A stretch of 63,413 nucleotides of DNA, the filler included, from Stramenopiles sp. TOSAG23-3 (Eukaryota), in assembly GCA_900128585.1 (NCBI GenBank). It is 6 parts of 6 records of this genome, joined end to end, with 100 filler letters (N's around TTAATTAATTAA, not from the genome) between each part and the next. Parts side by side here need not be neighbours in the genome. Positions count along the whole stretch, not along the records: positions 44,749 to 59,520 come from LT642545.1; positions 59,621 to 61,467 come from LT645321.1; positions 61,568 to 63,413 come from LT645322.1; 3 more parts are not named here. One strand, written 5' to 3'. Position 1 is the stretch's first letter, and each line of letters starts with the position of its first letter. Both the position numbers and the translations under genes were made by a program. Positions 55,624-63,413 of the stretch are shown piece after piece. The notes below the pieces were generated by a model. It did not search any database. It was not told the DNA's origin and saw only the letters and a program-made list of their open reading frames with translations.

Positions 55624-56589
55624 TTACTCCCCGTCTTTCTGTTCGTGGTGGTGGTGATGGTGATGGTGGTGGTGGTGATGGTGGTGTCCCCCTCCTTTTT
55701 CACCGTCTCCATGGTGTTTTCTGTGGTGGTGGCGGTGTTTGTGGCCATCTTCCTCCCCGCTGTCCTCATCGTCATCCATCAAATCCATGTTTGTGATATC
55801 GTCTTGCAGTTTCCCGATCTGTGCATCGACAGCATAAGCTTTGTTTTTACGCTTCTTCTTTCCCTGGTCTTTCGGGTGCAACTGGTCGTCCTTGGCGTGC
55901 ATCTCGGTACTCAAATCATCTTCCAAATGGTGCAACTCGTTTAACAATCGCGCGGCTTCTTTGTCGTGTTTCAATTTGTCGTCTGCCGCCTTTTTCTTCT
56001 TGGCGTCCCTCTCTGCATTTTTCTTCCGCCGCAGCATCTCCTCTTCCGGAATTCCTCCCAGAAACGCTTTGCTCGCCTTGTGAACCCCAAATTTTTCCAG
56101 CTCTTTGTCCGTATGCTCGTGAAGTTTGCATATGTCTATAATCCACTCGTCAAAGGCGTGGTCCCCTATATTTTTGTACGCTGTCAAGTGTTTCGTGACG
56201 AACTCCTCTTTCGAAATGACGTAATCTTCCCCGGCTATTTCTTCAAACTCGTCCGCCACGTTGCTATAATAAGCATGTGGTAAATTGAGTCGCTGGTTAG
56301 TTATAAATTAGAAGGAAAACTAAAGGGTCGGGGTCACCTACCGTACTTCTGCAACCGTTAAGTCTGCTATTGTTGTCATAAACTCATCTCTGTGAGAAAG
56401 AAAAAAAGGCAAGTTAGGCCGTTAGCTCAAGGAAAAACGAACATCATATTGTTATACTTACTTCGACAGAACCCCGTTATTGTTTCCGTCTAAGTGTTGA
56501 AACACAAGGACAAGTTTTTCTCTCCGGGATTTCCCAACAAGATCTTCCGCGTGAACTGCGTTTGGATCCGCCGACGCACAAATACCCAT
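55624..56589 (-). CDS. Three-exon N-acylated EF-hand protein with a poly-His C-terminus (271 aa); exons 56589-56462, 56389-56342, 56263-55624
   Basis: Introns GTAAGT..CTAAC..(Y)nCAG (72 nt) and GTAGGT..CTAAC..TAG (78 nt). Splicing keeps the frame and gives MGICAS...FQHLDGNNNGVLSKDEF...FEEIAGEDYVISKEEF...H14. Confidence 0.85.
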
Positions 56590-57673
56590 GTCCCTGCACG
56601 TGCAAGGAACGCAGTGAGCCAACGGTGGAAACACCCTACAAGAACAACCGTCGTGACAACCAAGCCTCTTCTTTCTGCCAAGAATCTCTTAAGGTGCGCT
56701 CCCCATTGGACTTTTGCCTTGCTTTGTTGACGTGGCAAATAACACCAAGGAGAAGGGTTAAAAAGACACACCCCAAAAAACGGGGTGGCGGGGGCGGTAG
56801 TGTTGGTAGTTGAGAATGAAGATGATGAGATGACGAATGATGATTATTGATTGAGATAGATTGATGATGATATGATGATGATGATTGATGATTTTCAATT
56901 ATTTTATTTTTTAGCTCGGCGGCGGTATTATATTATTATATTAAATATATTAAAAACTAAAAGCAAAAAGCAAAAAAAACCAAGCAAGCAGCAGGCAGCA
57001 AATACAGTATTAATACCGGTATAGTAATATAAAAAATACGAAGCAGTAGCAGGTAGCAGTTGGTGTGAGAAAATAAACTTCAACACATCCAACATCCAAC
57101 ATCCAACATCATCAAATAATAATATAAAAATAATTTCTATAGTTATTATACATAGATACAGCATACAGCACAATATAATATACTACACATCATTATATAC
57201 GAGGAGTAAAGGCTTTAAATTAAAACTATGACTCTACTATTTCTATATTAAAAAAAGCTAGACGACTATATATAATACTACTACACAATACTAAAAAATA
57301 ATAACTAAGAACACAACAACACAAACATTTTTATTTTGTTGTTTTTGTTGTTGTGGTGTGGTGGTTTGTTGTTTTTCCATTCTTATTATTATTTATATAT
57401 TATTATATATCTTCTTATAGTCCTTCTATTATATTTCCTTTTTTTTTCCTTCTTTTTTTCTTCCTTTCTTTCTTCCTGCTGCGCATCAATCATCATGTTT
57501 TCGTTACAAAAAAACAACAAACAAACAAATTATTAATTAAATATATCGTTCTTTTTTATTGAAATGTTTTTATTTTAATAATCGGTAGTACCGTAAATAA
57601 ATTGGGGAAAGGGCATAGATTTTCTGAAGGGTGAGGACCGACCGAGAAAGTGGGTGATTTAAATTTTGGAACC

Positions 57674-59101
57674 ATGTACAAGTGGGATTTGACAATCAAA
57701 ACACGGAGGGAGCTAGAACAGAAGACTGGGCAGAAAAGGGAAAAAGGTCATTTTAAGTGGAAGTTGCAGACTAGGGGGAGACAAAAACATGCGCGAAGGG
57801 CCGTTCTCGGTGCCGCTGCGTCCTCGCGCGATTTTAGGACTTTCACCAACAATGTAAAAGGGAATTTGTCGTACGCTGAGGCGCGCGTCCTTCGGATCGA
57901 GCCGGACAAAGACCGAAGACTGCTCGACAAAGCTCAACGCGATCGTCTCTTCTATAGAAATTTGAGACGCAAGCAACGAGAGCAACAGCTTCAAAGAGAA
58001 AAGGAAATTGCACGTGCACAACGGAAAAAGGAAATGTTGCAAGCCGCACATGGTCCCGGGAATCGAAAGAAAAAGAAAAGGGAAAGCCTCGCGAGCTCCG
58101 AAACCGAAGGCGATGAAGCAGGCAATGATCTACAGAGCGAGGAATGTACAAATGAAATAGATGGGGGGTCCAGTGTGTACTCTGAGGAGAGCAGCACCGG
58201 TGACATGGAATCTTCCGTTACCAAAGGCCTTGGTTTGGACGACGGCGACCCCGAGCTTCCATACAACCCCGTCGTAGAGCCCGTTCGAAAAAACACGTCG
58301 TTTGTGTATACATTTGCACGGCCGCACACGTCACAGCCAAAGATGAACTTGCACCGCAGTTTCCATGCCTTGGCGACGAATGAAAGCCGGGGGTCATACA
58401 GTAGCTTGAACCTTAGATCTTCTATTGACTTTGAAAAGGCTCCAACTCTTCGCCGCTTCCCGTACGACGAAGTAAAAAACTCGCGACCCAACATTGCACC
58501 GGACAAGTATGACATTAGGTCCGTAAGTGGGTTAAATGACATCCGGTTTTCGTCTGCTCCAAAAGTAGGAAGCTGCTTCAAAAAGCGCTACTTCGCTTCT
58601 CGGTCGCAACTGGGTGAACGCGAACTAGAAGATCTGATGTTTGAAATGAACCACGCCGATTGTAATACATCCCCAACGACAGCAAATGCAAGCCCGGAGA
58701 AGCAAAAATTTCGAAAGTTGGCTAGACTGGACACGATGCGGATAATCCAAAAGAAAAGGGCCGTGCGAGCCAAAAGAAGAACATTTAAACAGCAGTCTCC
58801 TAAACGGTCGCCTAAACACAAGTCGGAGCCTCTATGGAAATTACCAATCCATAGGCGCAAAGACTTTCACCCTTCGCCGTTCGATGAAGATCCGTTTGGG
58901 GAAGATAATACATGGGAAGATTTAGAGCGGTTGTACAAGCAAATCTCCCCCTTAAAGGAGAGACGGAGACCCGGCGAGAGCCCACTTCCAAAAGCCAAGA
59001 ATCCATTTTTCTTTGAAGGTGGAAAAAAAACACGGCCGCGAAAACACAGAGCGCGTATGTACATGCCCCCTGCACCGAAAGCCGAAAAAGAATCACGATG
59101 A
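57674..59101 (+). CDS. Hypothetical basic/coiled-coil protein
   Basis: About 475-codon ORF from first ATG 57674, coding-like composition, no recognisable domain. Confidence 0.65.
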   Translation: MYKWDLTIKTRRELEQKTGQKREKGHFKWKLQTRGRQKHARRAVLGAAASSRDFRTFTNNVKGNLSYAEARVLRIEPDKDRRLLDKAQRDRLFYRNLRRKQREQQLQREKEIARAQRKKEMLQAAHGPGNRKKKKRESLASSETEGDEAGNDLQSEECTNEIDGGSSVYSEESSTGDMESSVTKGLGLDDGDPELPYNPVVEPVRKNTSFVYTFARPHTSQPKMNLHRSFHALATNESRGSYSSLNLRSSIDFEKAPTLRRFPYDEVKNSRPNIAPDKYDIRSVSGLNDIRFSSAPKVGSCFKKRYFASRSQLGERELEDLMFEMNHADCNTSPTTANASPEKQKFRKLARLDTMRIIQKKRAVRAKRRTFKQQSPKRSPKHKSEPLWKLPIHRRKDFHPSPFDEDPFGEDNTWEDLERLYKQISPLKERRRPGESPLPKAKNPFFFEGGKKTRPRKHRARMYMPPAPKAEKESR

Positions 59102-59225
59102 CCTCACCGAGAGAAGGTGGTGCGCAGCGGCGGTGAATTTTGTGGTATTCTTAGAAAATGAAAAAATTTAATTTATACCCACTAAAACATACGCGTATCT
59201 TAAATTTTTTGTACAAAAACGAAAG

Positions 59226-59519
59226 TTATTGTTCTGGTTCGAAAGGGACCAGCTGCGGCGGCTCATCCCCCTCCTCATTGTCCAAGGCGTTGTCTGCCAT
59301 CGCGTCTTGGCCAATGTCTTCCTGCGCCTCTCCTTTTTCCTCTTGCAATGCAAATTCGATGTCTTCAAGTGCTGTTTTTGCACCGACAACATCCACCTTG
59401 TCCCACACCAACAGTTGCTCGAGCAAATCGATTGTTTCTTGAGTACGGTTGAGACTGTAGTTAACTTCGGCACACTCCATCGCGGTTTTGCAGTATTCTT
59501 CTCCGGCACCATTGCTGGA
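59226..59519 (-). CDS. 3' end of an unknown gene with an acidic tail, truncated at the contig edge
   Basis: Frame open from the linker: SSNGAGEEYCKTAMECAEVNY...EEGDEPPQLVPFEPEQ*. Confidence 0.55.
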   Translation of the reverse strand, partial: SSNGAGEEYCKTAMECAEVNYSLNRTQETIDLLEQLLVWDKVDVVGAKTALEDIEFALQEEKGEAQEDIGQDAMADNALDNEEGDEPPQLVPFEPEQ

Positions 59520-59520
59520 G

Positions 59521-59620
59521 NNNNNNNNNNNNNNNNNNNNNNNNNNNNNNNNNNNNNNNNNNNNTTAATTAATTAANNNNNNNNNNNNNNNNNNNNNNNN
59601 NNNNNNNNNNNNNNNNNNNN
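59521..59620. other. Artificial contig linker
   Basis: 44 N + TTAATTAATTAA + 44 N. Confidence 0.97.
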
Positions 59621-59931
59621 AAGCCCTTCATCCTTTTCACTTTTCGTTCAATATAAAAGAATGGAATTGGTTGATCTATATATAAAATATAAATGTTTCA
59701 ATTCGATTTTGTTTCGTTTCGTTTCTTTTCTTTCTTGAAACCAATAAATCTTTCTCTCTCTCTCTCTAATTAATTTTAATTAAATCGTTTCGTATTTCTT
59801 TCTTCTTCTCCTTTCTCTTCTTTTTTTTTCTTTTTTTTTCTTCTTCTTAATTATTATAACACGGTGTACCAAATTTATTTGATAGGTATAAAAGAATACA
59901 ATATTATCTACGCAAAATTAAAAAAAAAACA

Positions 59932-61288
59932 TTGCAATGGTGCTGCCTGGGCCTAATGATATGTGGCTGTAAAAACATGAAAAAAATCAGTAGGCAAAGA
60001 AATAATTTTGTGGTTGGAGCCAATGAAAAATGCATTGTATTTTTGTTGTTTTTGGCGAGTCAATCATTCAATTCACTCACATTGAGTCACTCAAGTAGAA
60101 ACGTTTTTTTTTACATTTATTTATTACGAATGACGGTAGTTCCAAGAGAAGATTACAAAATTAGTATAGTAATAGCATTAGTGAGATTACAAAATTAGTA
60201 TAGTAATAGCATTAGTGTGTGGGGCGAGACGCGATGATGCGATGGGGCGCATGCGTCTCGCCTAATATTTTTATGACGACTGCTACTATTTTTTTTTTGT
60301 CGATGTGTCTATTCACATTCAACCGCACTATCAGCAATCTTTGATTCTTTTATTTCCATCGTATTGCTGAAAAAAATAGTAGAGATCTTTGATTTTTTTA
60401 TTTCCATTGTACTAAAAATATTTTATTTCAATAACCTTTTTCTTTTTCTTTTCTTTGACTTGGGAAAATTGGTCAATCCGTTTCACTCAGTTATACGGTT
60501 TTCAACTTCTCTAACGCGTCCGTTCAGCTTCCCCCACTTACCTCGCTTCACACTGTTGAACCATATCTCTGATATCTACATATAACTATCAGTCGCCACG
60601 CGGCCCACTACGCATATATGGACCCCTCTAGTTATCTGCCTTTACCTGTTCTGCTATGGGCATATCGCCTTGATCCTCGCCTTCACTATTTGATACTGCC
60701 CTTCCCCCTTTGTCGCTTTATGCTCACCTTCCTTTTCTGCCCACTGGTTCGCAAGCACCCCTTTACTTGCTCCCCCCCTTTTTCTGTATATTTCTCTCAC
60801 TACACGAGTTGTTTCCTCCTCGTTTTGATTTCCCTATTATCATCTTATCGACTGAGCCTTAGGGTGATCTGTTCCTACTGCTCCTGATCCTTTACCTTCT
60901 GTTTCACTTTTACCCTCGCTCCCTGGAGAGTTACCTTTGGGACTCTTACCCTATCCTCGTTTATTTGCTTCTTCTCTTTTTTAACTGCTACTCATTTTCT
61001 TGTCACTATTATTATTCTTCCTGTTACAGTTGGGTCTCCCTTGCTGTTCACCCCTACAGCGCCCTTGCATGCTAACAACTTATCTCTCGCCACCTCCAGT
61101 CGTAATAAACTTGTATATTTAGCCCTAAATATAAAAAATATCAAAAAAAAAAAATAATTAATTTTAATAAAAAAATTGATTGACAGGCAATAAAAATATT
61201 GCATAAATCACACCATAAACCTTAAATACAATACATTAAATACCATTGTACTTTTAATTTCTAAAATTAACAGGCAGCACCATTGCAA
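59932..61288. mobile_element. Possible non-autonomous TIR element or relic
   Basis: Perfect 18-bp inverted repeat ttgcaatggtgctgcctg (59932-59949) / caggcagcaccattgcaa (61271-61288), flanked by CA on both outer sides; no transposase ORF. Confidence 0.35.
60150..60217. repeat. Perfect 34-bp tandem duplication
   Basis: agattacaaaattagtatagtaatagcattagtg x2. Confidence 0.95.
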
Positions 61289-61467
61289 CATAAATCACCA
61301 AAATCAGTAGTGATTAACTACCAGATGGACTCCTATCAAACCACTCTCAGATTTAAATTTGGTACACCGTGATAATGGTATTTCTATGTTATTTATTATT
61401 ATTAAAAACGAAGAGATGATTGATTGAGATAAAAGAAGAAAGGAATTTTTCATATTTTTTAATAATA

Positions 61468-61567
61468 NNNNNNNNNNNNNNNNNNNNNNNNNNNNNNNNN
61501 NNNNNNNNNNNTTAATTAATTAANNNNNNNNNNNNNNNNNNNNNNNNNNNNNNNNNNNNNNNNNNNN
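61468..61567. other. Artificial contig linker
   Basis: 44 N + TTAATTAATTAA + 44 N. Confidence 0.97.
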
Positions 61568-62548
61568 TTTTCTCCCGGGTATGTCTACATCAATTATGTT
61601 ACCATTCTTGGGCATTTGGCTTCTGTTATCGGTATGCTAATAATATATGCACCACGAGAACCTCTAAATGTCCCGTATACGGAAACGTACCTTGCATGGG
61701 AACGGAACAAAACCGTACTGGTGAACGGGGTCAATACATCGACATGTCCCGGTGAGCCTAGAAATACTGCAAACGATGGTGCATTCTGTCTCTCGAGTAA
61801 AACAGACTTTTTACATTGTGGTGACGACAGGTGTGGGTTGGATTATGGGTGGCTCATTATATCTTTCCATCTCTTGTCCTTCTTCTTCCAATTGCTGGCA
61901 GCGCTAACAGATCATTCTGAATTACTTCAACGATTTCTATGTGGGTATCGCTACAGTGACATGATTCGGCGTGGAAGAAATCCATTGCGTTTTGTTGAAT
62001 ATAGCATTAGCGCTTCGATTATGTTGATCATTATTGCCATTATCAATGGTATTTTTGATATCCATCACCTATTCGCAATTGGTGTTCTTACATGTTCCTG
62101 TCAGCTGTGTGGACTGGTTGTCGAGTACTTGGACGATTGTCAATTGGGTCTAATGTGGATCAACCATTTGAACGGGTGGCTAACCTTCTGCTCCGCATAT
62201 TACATTATTGCAAGGGCTTTCTTTGCATCTTTGAGTTATGATCCGGACATTCAACCACCGGGATTTGTGTATGCGATCGTGGTAGCCATATTCCTCCTCT
62301 ACGCATCTTTTGGTATCGTTCAGTTGGTAGAACTGACCTGTTTGACTTGTCCACTGGGTAAAAATTGGTGTACTACGGAACGTACGGGGGAATGGACTAG
62401 AATATGGTGTCCAGCTTGTCGCACAAAAAGCAAAGGAAAACTAAGGTGCAACCCATTGTACAAAGAAATGGTGTTTGTTACATTATCGTTGGGTGCAAAA
62501 CTGGTTTTGGGGTGGCTTTTGTATACAAATGTATTTATGAACACATAA
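61568..62548 (+). CDS. Heliorhodopsin, 5'-truncated, probably viral
   Basis: Frame is open from the contig edge. TM1 INYVTILGHLAS (N..H), TM3 NPLRFVEYSISASIM (R, E counterion), TM5 HLNGWL, TM6 LYASFGIVQ, TM7 EMVFVTLSLGAKLVLGW (retinal-binding Lys in SLxAK). Confidence 0.92.
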   Translation, partial: FSPGYVYINYVTILGHLASVIGMLIIYAPREPLNVPYTETYLAWERNKTVLVNGVNTSTCPGEPRNTANDGAFCLSSKTDFLHCGDDRCGLDYGWLIISFHLLSFFFQLLAALTDHSELLQRFLCGYRYSDMIRRGRNPLRFVEYSISASIMLIIIAIINGIFDIHHLFAIGVLTCSCQLCGLVVEYLDDCQLGLMWINHLNGWLTFCSAYYIIARAFFASLSYDPDIQPPGFVYAIVVAIFLLYASFGIVQLVELTCLTCPLGKNWCTTERTGEWTRIWCPACRTKSKGKLRCNPLYKEMVFVTLSLGAKLVLGWLLYTNVFMNT

Positions 62549-62557
62549 TGCATAGAA

Positions 62558-63013
62558 ATGAGACGAACGTACCTCTCCGATTCAAGTGATGAAGAGACCA
62601 AGTACAACCCACAAACCTACCATATCCTTGTACTAGGGGGCCAAGTTGGAAAAACTTCGTTCATACACCGAGTTACACAAAATTACTTCACAATGTACTA
62701 TGAGAAAACTCAAACGCTAGAAATACATAAACCATTGCAGGTAGGTGAGTCAAAATGGTGTTTTTGGGACCTTCCACCGCATGTATACGATGGGATCAAA
62801 CAAATGGATTTGGTTTTATTGTGTTTTAATAGCAAAGAGACAAAAAAGTTTGCAGTGGAAAAATGGAGAAAGATTCAAAGTACAATGAAGTATTTACCTC
62901 CAGCGATGATGGTAGGGATACGCATAAAAGAAAAGGGGGCACACTACATCGATAGTATGAGTACAGAAGGAATTTCTAAATTAATGTTTAATATATCGAA
63001 GCTACTACCATAA
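62558..63013 (+). CDS. Degenerate Ras-superfamily small GTPase
   Basis: YHILVLGGQVGKTSFIHR (shortened G1), YEKT (G2), FWDLPP (at the G3 position), VLLCF, MMVG, and DSMSTEGISKLM C-terminal helix; no CaaX. Confidence 0.75.
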   Translation: MRRTYLSDSSDEETKYNPQTYHILVLGGQVGKTSFIHRVTQNYFTMYYEKTQTLEIHKPLQVGESKWCFWDLPPHVYDGIKQMDLVLLCFNSKETKKFAVEKWRKIQSTMKYLPPAMMVGIRIKEKGAHYIDSMSTEGISKLMFNISKLLP

Positions 63014-63022
63014 GGTCTTTTT

Positions 63023-63412
63023 TTATTCCCATCTAAAGCCATTCCATGTACGGTTGTAGATAACTTTATCGCTTTTGCTTATGTTCTCCGACCCCCACAT
63101 GGGCTGGAGGTTGGTGTAATGAAAACATCGTCTTTGTTGTTCGGGATCGCTCAAGTCAAAGGAGGCACAGGGCATCATATGATCGGCGTGCCATGTTCCA
63201 TAGTTCTCCCATGTCATTCCCTGTTGGAATCTCATCGTTAGATGGTCTTGTAGGTGCATAAAAGAACAACCAAGCATTGTCATGGTTGGAGCACTCTTGA
63301 CATTGCCTTTGAGTACATTGTGTACGCGGGAACGTAAATTTTTTGCAAGACGGTACTGTGGATCGGTACGGTAACGTTTCTTACTGCGTGCATTTCTTTT
63401 TTTCTTGTATTC
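63023..63412 (-). CDS. HNH-type endonuclease of the prasinovirus endonuclease VII-like family, 5'-truncated
   Basis: Frame open to the window end: KKRYRTDPQYRLAKNLRSRV..LGCS..GMTWENYGTWHADHMMPCASFDL..CFHYTNLQPMWGSENISKSDK, a pattern typical of NCLDV and phage genes. Confidence 0.85.
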   Translation of the reverse strand, partial: EYKKKRNARSKKRYRTDPQYRLAKNLRSRVHNVLKGNVKSAPTMTMLGCSFMHLQDHLTMRFQQGMTWENYGTWHADHMMPCASFDLSDPEQQRRCFHYTNLQPMWGSENISKSDKVIYNRTWNGFRWE

Positions 63413-63413
63413 C

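Noticed and set aside
60150-60262. 34-bp repeats as a CRISPR array
   Set aside because: Two adjacent copies, no spacers, no cas genes, eukaryotic context.

Overview
Eukaryotic (protist, probably heterotrophic stramenopile-like; low-confidence inference) sequence with mostly intronless, GC-balanced genes and very AT-rich intergenic DNA. It is not one locus: five identical 100-bp linkers (44 N + TTAATTAATTAA + 44 N) join six contigs of 14857, 14808, 14783, 14772, 1847 and 1846 bp, so adjacency across linkers means nothing. The four long contigs carry the first exon of selenoprotein F (missed by the ORF track), an F-box/JmjC protein, a kelch protein, a CNBD-family 6TM channel with an atypical VMGYG filter, a BioD/AAA_26-like P-loop protein, a syntaxin, a MAP2K, a NEK kinase, a patatin, an SLC25 carrier, a kinesin, a calreticulin-like protein, a 2OG-Fe(II)/Sel1 protein, V-ATPase subunit C, a spliced acylated EF-hand/poly-His protein and several unknown proteins. 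Three things stand out. (1) A ~4,100-aa protein joins an alpha2delta/CACHD1-type VWA+dCache sensor (with a 4-TM insertion) to a very long repetitive polytopic region and probably a C-terminal LRR domain. (2) A peptidase M64 is fused to a SPRING1 (C12orf49)-like module. (3) The last contig is compact and giant-virus-like, with a Cys-decorated heliorhodopsin 9 bp upstream of a degenerate Ras-like GTPase, converging on an NCLDV-type HNH endonuclease. Four genes are broken by single-base lesions that are most likely assembly errors. All family calls come from motif recognition; no database search was run.
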